Shown: positions 1 to 19,064 of the stretch, in pieces
Numbering within the stretch: the first letter of the stretch is position 1
Layout: every line of letters starts with the position of its first letter
DNA from: Spirochaetia bacterium
Lineage (GTDB): Bacteria; Spirochaetota; Spirochaetia; UBA9216
Assembly (NCBI GenBank): GCA_965140585.1
Contig: OZ223267.1
Coordinates: 192,001-256,000 of the forward strand
Length of the DNA: 64,000 bases
Reading direction: 5' to 3'
The notes under the pieces: generated by a model
What the model was told of the DNA's origin: nothing
Database searches by the model: none
Seen by the model: only the letters and a program-made list of their open reading frames with translations
Translations under genes and position numbers: made by a program

Positions 1-1279
<1,279 letters not shown>

Positions 1280-1550
1280 CAATGTGAAAGGAACGTGACT
1301 AAGTTAGAAAACTTCGGTTTAAAACTTAGCTTAGAGTTTGTTTACAAGCTTTAACGCTTTAATAGTCATGGAAAAACAGCCTGTTAGGCAAAAACAACAC
1401 AGCGAAATATAGCTTGCTATATTTCCGAGATGCAGCTTGCTGCATCTCCGCTCTCTTTCTTCCTTTTTTATATTAAGTGAAGGTCAACTGGTTTTACTCT
1501 TGTGGAGATTTACCATGTAAAGCTCTGGAGGGAGTCTTTGATTTTCTCTC

Positions 1551-1624
1551 GGGGGTATAGCTCAGCTGGCTAGAGCGGTGGCTTTGCAAGCCATAGGTCT
1601 GGGGTTCGAATCCCCATACCTCCA
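1551..1624 (+). tRNA. tRNA-Ala(TGC) in ITS, CCA not encoded
   Basis: GGGGGTA/TACCTCC acceptor stem, TGC anticodon, GGTTCGAATCC T-loop. Confidence 0.97.
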
Positions 1625-1747
1625 ATAGATATTTAACCGGTAACGGTTTGATATAATAAAGTTCTACTTGTAGTGCTTTAAGACATAGTCTCCATAGAGA
1701 GATTTAAGTTTGGCTTTGTCAAACTTAAGAGAATACGAAATATTCTC

Positions 1748-1759
1748 CGTTCTTTAAAA
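1748..1759 (+). promoter_or_regulatory. spacer boxA antitermination element (second copy 10524-10535)
   Basis: CGTTCTTTAAAA resembles boxA TGCTCTTTAACA, upstream of 23S. Confidence 0.6.
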
Positions 1760-1849
1760 TAGATAAAGACTGTTGAAATAATACAGTTTTGAAAACTTAT
1801 CCATATAACAGGGAGTGGATAAGTATAGGGAAGGGTTAAGAGGTAATAT

Positions 1850-4838
<2,989 letters not shown>

Positions 4839-5020
4839 ATTTCCCCTTAATCAATTCCCAGAGAATTGAGCCAATAGGCTGCATGGACTATAGAGTCCTG
4901 TGAATAGCAACCTATCGTGCCCAATACTCAATCCCTGTATGATTTTACTTTGTAAAATCATAATGGAGTTTTACTCTGCGAGTAAAACATCCATTTCGAT
5001 AAATTATTTTTGAATAATTA

Positions 5021-5130
<110 letters not shown>

Positions 5131-5261
5131 TTTTTTTTTATTTTCACAGAACTTCTGTTCTGCGAAAATAAAATATAAGACCTAAGAAGAACTTGAAGTT
5201 TGGTAACACCAAACTTCAGAGAAAGTTCTCAAGTAAAATTGAGTGCTTAGAGATAATAGAT

Positions 5262-5345
5262 AGTCTGGAAGGATGGCTGAGAATAAATAGTAGCAACGCT
5301 ACTTTCTCCGGTCATTGGAGAAGCCTTCGGCGTCTCTGCCCGGCT
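5262..5345 (+). ncRNA. 84-nt structured trailer (5S-framed Y-shaped RNA and/or rrn terminator), copy 1
   Basis: Same 5' (TAGTCTGG) and 3' (GGC-polyT-ATT) frame as the 5S gene; stems GATGGCTG/CGGTCATT, AGTAGC/GCTACT and a C(UUCG)G hairpin. Confidence 0.45.
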
Positions 5346-5389
5346 TTTTTTTTATTAATTTGAAAAATGTAGCATTACAATTCTTAACC

Positions 5390-5610
5390 TGTATAAAAAT
5401 CACTCCCGCTAACGCGGGGACTGACGATCCTGTTATACACGAAATAATTTATATAAAACTTAAATGTTAGCGGGACTGCGTTTGGCTATGCATTTGTGCC
5501 CGAATAAGCAGCACAGTAGGCGAAGCCGGATGTATAAGTAGGTGGCCGGTTCAGTTTGTTCAAACTGCTGAAGTTCCAGTGGAACTTACAATCGCTTGGC
5601 TTTGTTATTA
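5390..5610. repeat. cluster of imperfect palindromes, possibly attC-like remnants
   Basis: TGTATAA...TCCCGC-TAAC-GCGGGGA...GTTATACA; TCCCGCTAAC/GTTAGCGGGA; CAGTTTG/CAAACTG; AAGTTCCA/TGGAACTT. Confidence 0.3.
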
Positions 5611-5688
5611 ATTAAAAGCTAGTTAATATCCTTGAATACAGTAAATTAAAAACTAAATAAACTCTGATTATTAAAAATTATGCGTTTG

Positions 5689-5717
5689 TTGACAGTTTAA
5701 TATTAAAGAAACATAAT
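5689..5717 (+). promoter_or_regulatory. sigma70-type promoter of the LacI remnant
   Basis: TTGACA-17-CATAAT, followed by GGAGGA RBS. Confidence 0.65.
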
Positions 5718-5750
5718 GAGACGGCAGATTTTAATTTCCTGGAGGATTTA

Positions 5751-5891
5751 TTGTCTACGCTGAAAGCTGTTGCTAAACTTGCCGGTGTATCTGTTACTAC
5801 CGTTTCTCAGGCACTAAATGGAAAATACGTAAAGGACATGACTTTGTACTCCAGAATTCGCATCATGCTCAAACAGCCGGTATTTCCATAA
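5751..5891 (+). pseudogene. LacI-family regulator, N-terminal HTH remnant only
   Basis: TTG start after GGAGGA; translates (M)STLKAVAKLAGVSVTTVSQALNG, then runs out of frame into ABC ATPase sequence. Confidence 0.85.
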
Positions 5892-7170
5892 TTTTTCAGG
5901 AATTCAGTTTGATAAATACACTGGATGTAACGGAAAATGTTTTTCTCAATCGGGAACCATTAACCAGGATAGGTCTTTTCGATAAGAAGAAAACTTCGGT
6001 CAGAACTGTCCAGCTTCTGGATTCTATAGGCATTAGACTTGATGTTACTTCGAAAATCAGGGATCTAAGTGTGATAGAACAGCAGACCGTAGAAATTGTA
6101 AAGGCTCTCTCCATTGATGCTGATATTATCATAATGGATGAAACCTCAGCAGCCCTCTCTGATAAAGAGCTGTCAAAGCTCTTTGAAATTATTCATAAAC
6201 TTCGGAATGATGGAAAAACCATAATATATATATACCATATGCTGGAAGAAGTGTTTTCAATTGCTGACAGGGTTACAGTCCTAAAAGACGGAAAGGTTAT
6301 GGCTACAGAAAACACATGCTTTATTGACAGAAATAGGCTGGTCAGCCTTATGGTTGGACGTGAGATAGATGATGTATATCCAGACCTTCCGGAGGAAACA
6401 GGTGAAACTGTTCTATCTGTGGAAGCTTTAAGCGGCGATGGTATTGAGAACATTACACTCACACTCAAAAAAGGTGAAATACTGGGAGTGGCAGGAATTG
6501 CCGGTTCCGGACGTTCTGCTCTTGTTGAAACTATTTTGGGACTGCATCAAGGAATCTCCGGAAATATGGAATTAAACGGTATATCTGTAAAATTCAGAAA
6601 TATACGTGAGGCTATATCATCCGGGTTCTGCTATATTCATTCCGATCATAAGAACAAGGGTATCATTGCTCCAGAATCAATAACGGTAAATACGACAATA
6701 ACAAATCTTGATAAATACAAAAGCCGCTTTTTGTTGAAGAAAAATGCAGAAGAAAAAGTAACCCGTGAATAGGCTGAACTTCTCGGAACCAGGATGGCCG
6801 GGATAAATCAGAAAATTGAAGAACTCTCCGGGGGAAATCAGCAGAAAGTTCTTCTCTCGAGGGCTCTGTTAAAGGAACCGGCAATTTATGTCATAAATGA
6901 ACCTACCCGAGGGATAGACGTCGGAGTTAAACATGAAATTTATAAAATTATGCGGGATTTAACCAGTCAGGGAAAATGTATATTTATGTTTTTTCAGAGC
7001 TTCCGGAGATTATTTGAATGTCTGATCGGATTGCAGTAATGAATTTCGGACGACTTGCAGGGGTATTGGATCAGCATAAAAAAATATACTCGGAAGAAGA
7101 AATTCTGTCTCTTGCAGTAGGTCATGAGTACCAGCTTCCGGCAGGAGGGTGTGATGAAGAAGATATTTAA
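5852..7170 (+). pseudogene. RbsA/MglA-like sugar ABC ATPase pseudogene
   Basis: Begins mid-domain (AQTAGISIIFQEFSL, first Walker A absent); in-frame TAG 6770-6772; LSGGNQQK; frameshift near 6990 and TGA inside [15 protein letters not shown]. Confidence 0.9.
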
Positions 7171-8114
7171 GATTAAAATTACAGATCCCGGTGTGTTTGT
7201 CTGGGTGCTGCTGGCTGCAATAATAATTTTCAGCATGTCAGTCAATCCTGTTTTTCTAAGAATCAGAAACCTGAAAAATGTATTTCTTATTTAGTCGGTA
7301 GGATTAGGGCTTGCCTCTCTGGGGCAGGCTGTAATAATTATTTCAGGCGGGATCGATATGTCGATTGGTGCAGCAGTTTCCCTTCTGACTTCGATTGCCG
7401 GCGGGCTTTATCGTGATTTTCCGCAAATAGGGGTTCTGACTGTTTTTATCATATTAGCCGGTATAGGGCTCTTAATAGGTTTTATTAACGGGCTTCTGGT
7501 TGTAAAGCTGAAGATTGCTCCGTTTATGGCTACGCTTGCAACCTTGTCAGTTATTCAAGGGGGGGATATTTATATATAAAAAAAAACCATAGGCGGTATT
7601 CCAAAGAGTTTCCGTATTATAGCGGAAGGAAGCATTGGCCCTGTACCGGTAAGTTTTATCTATTTTGTCCTGATTTTTTTACTGGTGTATGTTTTGCTAA
7701 ATAAATCAAGATACGGACGCCATCTATATGCCGTTGGGGCGAATGACTGGGTTTCTAAAATCAGCGGGATAGCAGTGGAGAGAGTCCAGCTTTCGGCCTA
7801 TATGCTCGGAGGAATACTGGTTGGACTGGCATCAGTATTTCTTACGGGACTTATGGGGGGGCCCTCTTGTAGGGAAGGGGTATGAACTTGATACTATTAC
7901 CGCAGTTGTGATTGGGGGGATTTCTTTGGCAGGAGGGGAAGTTAATATCACGGGAGCTGTAGGCGGAGTATTGAGCCTCAGTATTTTCAGTAACCGGATG
8001 AATATTCTTGATGTAAATCCTTATATTCAAATGCTTCTAAAGGGTCTCATACTTATAACTGCGGTATTCTTCTATTCTCAGAAAACAAATAAGAGAAAAA
8101 GAATTGCAGCTTGA
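7154..8114 (+). pseudogene. RbsC-like sugar ABC permease pseudogene
   Basis: GQAVIIISGGIDMSIG, GRHLYAVGAN and YELDTITAVVIGG motifs split by a TAG (~7291) and frameshifts (~7575, ~7860). Confidence 0.9.
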
Positions 8115-8197
8115 AGTTTGTCTGTTTTTATCTAACTATGTGTGGACCAGGATTTTAATGAAATCCTATAAAATTATAAGAAATATTGGTATTTCCG

Positions 8198-8226
8198 TTG
8201 ACATGAAAGGCCAATTTCTATATATT
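8198..8226 (+). promoter_or_regulatory. rrn promoter for operon 2
   Basis: TTGACA-17-TATATT with AT-rich UP region. Confidence 0.8.
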
Positions 8227-8378
8227 CATCATCACACGTTAACGAGACGAATTGCCGATATCTGCTTGAAAGAGTTTGTTTGAAGCACTCGCATCTCAGT
8301 AAAAACATAACGTAGTTGAATATTCAGCCTCCGCTCATAGGGAGCCGTAAAGCTTCTATGTGCGTTTTTGGATGAATA

Positions 8379-8390
8379 AGTTCTTTAACA
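8379..8390 (+). promoter_or_regulatory. leader boxA
   Basis: AGTTCTTTAACA. Confidence 0.7.
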
Positions 8391-8518
8391 GTGAATAGGG
8401 AAGGAAAGAGAGCCTGTGTTAAGTAGGTTTGATACTGAGCTACTTGAAATATAGTAGATAGTGCGAACCGTCAATTGTTAGGATTAAAATTGTTAAACTT
8501 TATGTTTAGCAAATTATA

Positions 8519-10055
<1,537 letters not shown>

Positions 10056-10326
10056 CAATGTGAAAGGAACGTGACTAAGTTAGAAAACTTCGGTTTAAAA
10101 CTTAGCTTAGAGTTTGTTTACAAGCTTTAACGCTTTAATAGTCATGGAAAAACAGCCTGTTAGGCAAAAACAACACAGCGAAATATAGCTTGCTATATTT
10201 CCGAGATGCAGCTTGCTGCATCTCCGCTCTCTTTCTTCCTTTTTTATATTAAGTGAAGGTCAACTGGTTTTACTCTTGTGGAGATTTACCATGTAAAGCT
10301 CTGGAGGGAATCTTTGATTTTCTCTC

Positions 10327-10400
10327 GGGGGTATAGCTCAGCTGGCTAGAGCGGTGGCTTTGCAAGCCATAGGTCTGGGGTTCGAATCCCCATACCTCCA
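10327..10400 (+). tRNA. tRNA-Ala(TGC) in ITS
   Basis: Identical to 1551-1624. Confidence 0.97.
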
Positions 10401-10625
10401 ATAGATATTTAACCGGTAACGGTTTGATATAATAAAGTTCTACTTGTAGTGCTTTAAGACATAGTCTCCATAGAGAGATTTAAGTTTGGCTTTGTCAAAC
10501 TTAAGAGAATACGAAATATTCTCCGTTCTTTAAAATAGATAAAGACTGTTGAAATAATACAGTTTTGAAAACTTATCCATATAACAGGGAGTGGATAAGT
10601 ATAGGGAAGGGTTAAGAGGTAATAT

Positions 10626-13614
<2,989 letters not shown>

Positions 13615-13796
13615 ATTTCCCCTTAATCAATTCCCAGAGAATTGAGCCAATAGGCTGCATGGACTATAGAGTCCTGTGAATAGCAACCTATCGTGCCCAA
13701 TACTCAATCCCTGTATGATTTTACTTTGTAAAATCATAATGGAGTTTTACTCTGCGAGTAAAACATCCATTTCGATAAATTATTTTTGAATAATTA

Positions 13797-13906
<110 letters not shown>

Positions 13907-14036
13907 TTTTTTTTATTTTTACAGAACTTCTGTTCTGCGAAAATAAAATATAAGACCTAAGAAGAACTTGAAGTTTGGTAACACCAAACTTCAGAGAAAG
14001 TTCTCAAGTAAAATTGAGTGCTTAGAGATAATAGAT

Positions 14037-14120
14037 AGTCTGGAAGGATGGCTGAGAATAAATAGTAGCAACGCTACTTTCTCCGGTCATTGGAGAAGCC
14101 TTCGGCGTCTCTGCCCGGCT
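14037..14120 (+). ncRNA. 84-nt structured trailer, copy 2
   Basis: Identical to 5262-5345, followed by poly-T; operon homology ends ~14143. Confidence 0.45.
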
Positions 14121-14267
14121 TTTTTTTTATTAATTTGAAAAAATCCCTGTATCTAAAAAATGGACTCTGTTGAAATTGTATGGCTAAATATAATATAGTG
14201 TTTAATAGCCTTTGGAGATGGAGAAAAAATCATCGAAAATTCTGAATATTCTGACGCTAAAAAAGAT

Positions 14268-15017
14268 TTGAAACTGACTAATCTTCAAAAAATGACTTAT
14301 ATTTTAGAAATACTCAACCAGACGCCTTACAAATTTACGGCTCAGGAGATCAGTAACCTGACAGGTATTAACCGTACTACAGTGTATCGAATATTGATGG
14401 TTCTTGTTGAAGAAGATTTTATACTACAGGATGAAGAAACTCGGAAATTTGCTGTGGGTCCTATGCTATACCATATAGGCCTTGGGTATCTTAATAACTT
14501 TCATTTCAAGGATGAAATTTACAAGACGCTTGAAAAATTAGCTGATATTACCTCAGAAGCCATAGGAATAGCTGTAAGAGAAGGCAACAAGATTATTTCC
14601 CTGTATGAAATCGATATTCAGCAGCCTCTTAAAATGAGTTACCCGCCAGGTTCCTATTATCCGATGAACAGGGGCTGTTTCGGAAAACTGCTTATGGCCT
14701 ACCATGACAGAAATACTGTTCGAAAACTGCTGGAGCAAAGCAGTTTTGAAAAGCTATTTCCAAATACATTGACTGAAACTGAAGAAATCATTCGTGAATA
14801 TCAGAATATACGTAATAATGGGTATGTGATTAGTGACGGAGAAGGTTATAGCGTAATCGCAGCAGGAGTAGGAGTCCCGGTTTATAATAAAAGAAATCAG
14901 GTTAAAGCCTGTCTTGCTGTCTCTTTTGTGAAAGATGACGATTTTGAAATGAAAAAAATTGAGCTGCTTAAATTATTAGAGGAATATTCTAAAGAATTAA
15001 CAATTTATATGCCTTAA
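14268..15017 (+). CDS. IclR-family transcriptional regulator
   Basis: HTH EISNLTGINRTTVYRIL; C-terminal effector domain (GKLLMA, IRNNGYVIS, GVGVPV); start uncertain. Confidence 0.92.
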   Translation: MKLTNLQKMTYILEILNQTPYKFTAQEISNLTGINRTTVYRILMVLVEEDFILQDEETRKFAVGPMLYHIGLGYLNNFHFKDEIYKTLEKLADITSEAIGIAVREGNKIISLYEIDIQQPLKMSYPPGSYYPMNRGCFGKLLMAYHDRNTVRKLLEQSSFEKLFPNTLTETEEIIREYQNIRNNGYVISDGEGYSVIAAGVGVPVYNKRNQVKACLAVSFVKDDDFEMKKIELLKLLEEYSKELTIYMP

Positions 15018-15063
15018 TGATTTGAATTGTGTAATAAATAATCCTGATTTTGCAGTTTAGTGC

Positions 15064-15092
15064 TTGCATATCATGTGGATACTTCGTAAAGT
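15064..15092 (+). promoter_or_regulatory. sigma70-type promoter of peptidase/ABC operon
   Basis: TTGCAT-17-TAAAGT. Confidence 0.55.
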
Positions 15093-15099
15093 AAACAAA

Positions 15100-15133
15100 G
15101 TTCATTATATGGACAAGAGTTCATATAATGAAC
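15100..15133. promoter_or_regulatory. two tandem IclR-type operators GTTCAT-N3-ATG(A/G)AC
   Basis: GTTCATTATATGGAC (15100-15114) and perfect GTTCATATAATGAAC (15119-15133) just downstream of the promoter. Confidence 0.65.
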
Positions 15134-15156
15134 ATAAGCTATTTCAGGAGCGTCTA

Positions 15157-16368
15157 TTGAATCAGAGCGTTGATTTTCTTTGTGCCTCTGTGAATGAAAG
15201 CAGTCTTACTGAGTTAATATCAGATCTGATTAGAATTCCCAGTTATCAAGGCATTGAAAATCAGGAATATAGAGTTGCGGAATATATTCAGAACTACTTC
15301 CTTGGTTCAGAGATAGACTGTGAAGTTATACCGGTTGATGGTAAACGAAGCAATGTATATGCAAAGATTCCCGGCAATAAACCTGGACCCGTTTTGCTAT
15401 TTAATGGTCATATAGATACTGTACCACCATATGATATGAACAATGCCTGTCTTCCTGTTATAGAGGGCAGACATATTAAAGGGCGTGGAGCATGTGATAT
15501 GAAAGGTGCTGTTGCCTGTATGATGTATGCATTCAAAATTATCATGGAATCAGGAATCAAATTACCTGGAACATTGATTTTTACTGCGGTAATTGATGAG
15601 GAACTGACAAGTAAAGGGACCAGGGCTTTCCTTAAATCCGGGATAAAAGCTGATGCGGCAGTGGTCGGAGAACCAATGGCATACTCGATAGGCCTTGGGC
15701 ATAAAGGCCTGCAATGGTTTCAATTTGATATACAAGGTAAATCCGTTCACGGCGGCGAACAGGAAAAAGGAATCAACGCCATCGGTAATGCTTCGATTCT
15801 GATGAATGCTATTGAAGAAAAATTGGTTCCCAGTCTCAGAAAAAGAATACATCCATTGATAGGTACATCGACTCTTAACTATGGACTGATAAAGGGCGGT
15901 TCACAGCCTAGTACTGTAGCAGGTGAATGCATGATTCAGCTGGACAGAAGGTGGATTCCAGGAGAATCCTACGCCGATGTATGCAGGGAATTTGAAGAGC
16001 TGATTAGTGATTTGGAAAAATCAAATCCTGATTTTAAATGTGATTTCAGCGTAGTTGAAAGCAGCTTAATGGAAGACGGTGTAATACATGAAGTCTGCAT
16101 TACAGATGAATCCGAGGTTATAGTTAAAGCCGCAGAGAAGGCTATGGCTGAATCTATAGGGCATCAGCCTGAGAAAAAGGCGTTTCCTGCTTGGAGCGAC
16201 GGGGGGCTGCTGAATTATTACGGAAAGATTCCTGTCATCGTTATGGGGCCCGGAGAGCTATCCTGCGCACATACGGATAGAGAATATATTGATATTGATC
16301 AAGCCGTTGAGTTTGTAAAAATATATATAAAAACCGCGATGAATTTTCTACATTGGGAGGATACATAA
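15157..16368 (+). CDS. M20A (ArgE/DapE-like) metallo-amidohydrolase
   Basis: NGHIDTVP, GRGACDMKG, DEE, GEP, AHTDRE metal ligands; in-frame TTG 15157 preceded by AGGAG chosen as start. Confidence 0.9.
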   Translation: MNQSVDFLCASVNESSLTELISDLIRIPSYQGIENQEYRVAEYIQNYFLGSEIDCEVIPVDGKRSNVYAKIPGNKPGPVLLFNGHIDTVPPYDMNNACLPVIEGRHIKGRGACDMKGAVACMMYAFKIIMESGIKLPGTLIFTAVIDEELTSKGTRAFLKSGIKADAAVVGEPMAYSIGLGHKGLQWFQFDIQGKSVHGGEQEKGINAIGNASILMNAIEEKLVPSLRKRIHPLIGTSTLNYGLIKGGSQPSTVAGECMIQLDRRWIPGESYADVCREFEELISDLEKSNPDFKCDFSVVESSLMEDGVIHEVCITDESEVIVKAAEKAMAESIGHQPEKKAFPAWSDGGLLNYYGKIPVIVMGPGELSCAHTDREYIDIDQAVEFVKIYIKTAMNFLHWEDT

Positions 16369-17315
16369 TGTTTAAACCGAAACGATTATCAAAGGGAGAT
16401 TCCATTGGCATTATTTCTCCCTCCAGCCCGCCGTTCTATAGAAGTGATATAATCCGTGGAGCTGAAATGCTCGAATCATGGGGTTATAAACCGGTAATGG
16501 GTAAGAATGTTAATAAACGCTACAAATACCTTGCCGGTACTGATGAAGAAAGAGCTTCCGACATAAATGAAATGTTTTCAAGGGACGACATAGATGCAAT
16601 CTTCGTAACCCAGGGCGGCTACGGCGGTGCAAGGACACTCAAGTACCTTGATTTCGATATGATAAAAAGCAATCCGAAAATTTTTACCGGTTACAGTGAT
16701 ATCACCTCACTTCATCTTGCATTTTATAAGATGTCGGGTCTGGTTACCTTTCACGGTCCCGGCAATGACGGGTTGAATTCTGAGGAACTCTCCGATTACA
16801 CAAAGGATTATCTGTTAAAGGCTCTTACAACAAGTGAACCAATAGGTGAGATCCCGATGGCAAGCAATAAGGGGTGGGTTAACAGGATCGGCAGGGGAAA
16901 AGCCCGGGGGGAACTGATCGGAGGAAACCTTACCCTGATCTGCGGAACTCTGGGAACACCATACGAGATTGATGTGAAGGATAAAATTCTTCTTATCGAG
17001 GATGTAGACACTGAACCATGGATATTTGATCACATGCTGTCTCACATGAGTAATGCGGGAAAGCTTCAGGAGGTTGCAGGCATAGTAGTAGGTGTCTGTG
17101 AAAATTGTGTGCCCAGAAAACTTGATCCGGCTTATCACACAACATTCAGCCTTGAGGATGTGCTTGAAGACTGGCTTGCACCTCTTGGTGTACCTGTGAT
17201 TTACGGATTACCGCTGGGGCATGCAAGGGATAAGGCCACTGTACCGTTCGGGGTAACAGCGTTGATAGACGGTGATGAAGGCCGTTTCTTTATTGAAGAG
17301 TCCGGAACCCTTTGA
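16368..17315 (+). CDS. S66 LD-carboxypeptidase (LdcA/MccF family)
   Basis: GGYG, GYSDIT (Ser), IEDV (Glu), LGH (His) triad; GGNL; ATG overlaps upstream stop, after GGAGG. Confidence 0.93.
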   Translation: MFKPKRLSKGDSIGIISPSSPPFYRSDIIRGAEMLESWGYKPVMGKNVNKRYKYLAGTDEERASDINEMFSRDDIDAIFVTQGGYGGARTLKYLDFDMIKSNPKIFTGYSDITSLHLAFYKMSGLVTFHGPGNDGLNSEELSDYTKDYLLKALTTSEPIGEIPMASNKGWVNRIGRGKARGELIGGNLTLICGTLGTPYEIDVKDKILLIEDVDTEPWIFDHMLSHMSNAGKLQEVAGIVVGVCENCVPRKLDPAYHTTFSLEDVLEDWLAPLGVPVIYGLPLGHARDKATVPFGVTALIDGDEGRFFIEESGTL

Positions 17316-17349
17316 TAATTCAAAGGATAAAAATACTAAGGGGTAGAAA

Positions 17350-18987
17350 ATGCAAAAGAGATCTATGACTTTCAAAAAGATTGCTATAGTAGCAATGATG
17401 GTTCTTTTAGCAGCAGGAGCGGTTTTCGCCGGCGGCCAAAAAGAAGGCAAACAGGTTCCGTCTGTATTAAGAATCGGCTGGGGAAGCGAGGGGGACAGTC
17501 TAAGTCCGTTTATCTGCTATACACAGGCTGGTTCAGAGATTATTCACCTGATCTATGATTCACTGCTTAACTTTGATGAGAATCTTCAGCCTGTTTCAAA
17601 CCTTGCTGAAAGCTGGGAAACCAGCGCAGATAACCTGACATGGACCTTCCATCTGAAAAAGGGAGTGAAGTGGCACGATGGGGTAGAATTTACTTCTGCA
17701 GATGTTAAATACACATATGAAAGACTGCTCGATACAGGTCTTGGCCTTTTTGCTGATTCTCTTGCCGGTATTTCGTCAATTGAATGTCCTGCTGCTGATA
17801 CTGTAATTCTGCGAACTGAAAAGCCGAAGGCTAATATGCTCATGGTAACAACTCCGATTCTTCCTGAACATATCTGGACGGATATTTCGGATGAAGATCT
17901 GGAAATATGGGAAAATGAAAGTCCTGTTGGTACAGGCCCATTCAAATTTGTTGAGTGGCAGCAGGGTGAATACCTTAAGCTTGCAGCAAACAAGGACTAT
18001 TTCGGAAAAGTTCCTGAAATCGATGAACTGGTTTTTGTGCTGTATGCGAATGCCGATACCATGGGTCAGGCAATTAAAACCGGAGAGCTCGGAGCTGCCA
18101 TCTACCTGAATGCGACCCAGATAAAAACTCTTAAGGAAGATAAGAACGTAGATGTAATTTCAGGGACAATGTTCGGATTCACTGAATTGTCTTTCAACTG
18201 TACACCCTATGAAGAATCCCTTGGTAATCCGATTCTGATGGACAAGAAAGTACGCCAGGCTATTGAGTATGCAATGGACAAAAATAATATTATTGATGTT
18301 GCCTATTCAGGCCAGGGAAATCCGGGTACTACAATAATTGTACCAGATGATTTCTGGCATTATGAACCAACTGCTGTAGAAATAAGAAATTATAACCTTG
18401 CAAAGGCAAAAGCCGTACTTGAGGAAGCAGGGTATACCGATAAGGACGGCGACGGTATCAGAGAGAATGCTGCCGGTGATAAGATGAGTTTTACACTTAC
18501 ATGCCGCTCAGACAGTACCGATGAGATCAAGGCCGGACAGATGATAGCCGGAAATCTGAAGGATGCCGGTATTGACATCACCATTGAAACTGTAGATGAC
18601 GGTCTTCTTCTTGATAAAATCTATTCATACGATTTCGATATGTTTATCTGGGGATGGGGTACCGATGTTGACCCGACAATAATTCTCAGAGTCATGAGTA
18701 CTGATCAGATCGGTAATAACAGCGACTGTAACTATTCAAACCCTGTTTATGATCAGATGCTTCTTGATCAGGCAACAATAATTGACAAGGCTGAACGACA
18801 GAAAATGGTATGGGAAATGCAGAAGATTATTTATGAGGATGCACCTTATATCGTTCTTACCTATGATATCAGCATTCAGGCTGTCCGAACTGATATGTTC
18901 ACAGGCTGGAAACAGATTCCCGAGAACGGTCCTTATATTTACAATCTAACATGGTATAACTACCTGAATGTAAAGCCTGTAAGATAA
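17350..18987 (+). CDS. peptide ABC transporter substrate-binding protein (family 5)
   Basis: LAESWETSADNLTWTFHLKKGVKWHDG, VGTGPFKF; spirochaete-type VFAGGQKE signal. Confidence 0.95.
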   Translation: MQKRSMTFKKIAIVAMMVLLAAGAVFAGGQKEGKQVPSVLRIGWGSEGDSLSPFICYTQAGSEIIHLIYDSLLNFDENLQPVSNLAESWETSADNLTWTFHLKKGVKWHDGVEFTSADVKYTYERLLDTGLGLFADSLAGISSIECPAADTVILRTEKPKANMLMVTTPILPEHIWTDISDEDLEIWENESPVGTGPFKFVEWQQGEYLKLAANKDYFGKVPEIDELVFVLYANADTMGQAIKTGELGAAIYLNATQIKTLKEDKNVDVISGTMFGFTELSFNCTPYEESLGNPILMDKKVRQAIEYAMDKNNIIDVAYSGQGNPGTTIIVPDDFWHYEPTAVEIRNYNLAKAKAVLEEAGYTDKDGDGIRENAAGDKMSFTLTCRSDSTDEIKAGQMIAGNLKDAGIDITIETVDDGLLLDKIYSYDFDMFIWGWGTDVDPTIILRVMSTDQIGNNSDCNYSNPVYDQMLLDQATIIDKAERQKMVWEMQKIIYEDAPYIVLTYDISIQAVRTDMFTGWKQIPENGPYIYNLTWYNYLNVKPVR

Positions 18988-19009
18988 TCGCAGGCGAAGT
19001 ATTTAATAG

Positions 19010-19042
19010 GGTTGGAGTAATGCTTTTAGGCTTACTCCGGCC
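19010..19042 (+). terminator. hairpin after SBP gene (partial terminator/mRNA stabiliser)
   Basis: GGTTGGAGTAA...TTACTCCGGCC followed by T-rich tract. Confidence 0.55.
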
Positions 19043-19064
19043 ATTATTTTTTATGGAGACAGGA

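Noticed and set aside
6770-6772. TAG/TGA read-through (pyrrolysine or selenocysteine) in the sugar ABC genes
   Set aside because: Accompanied by frameshifts and a 5' deletion; ordinary pseudogene decay explains it
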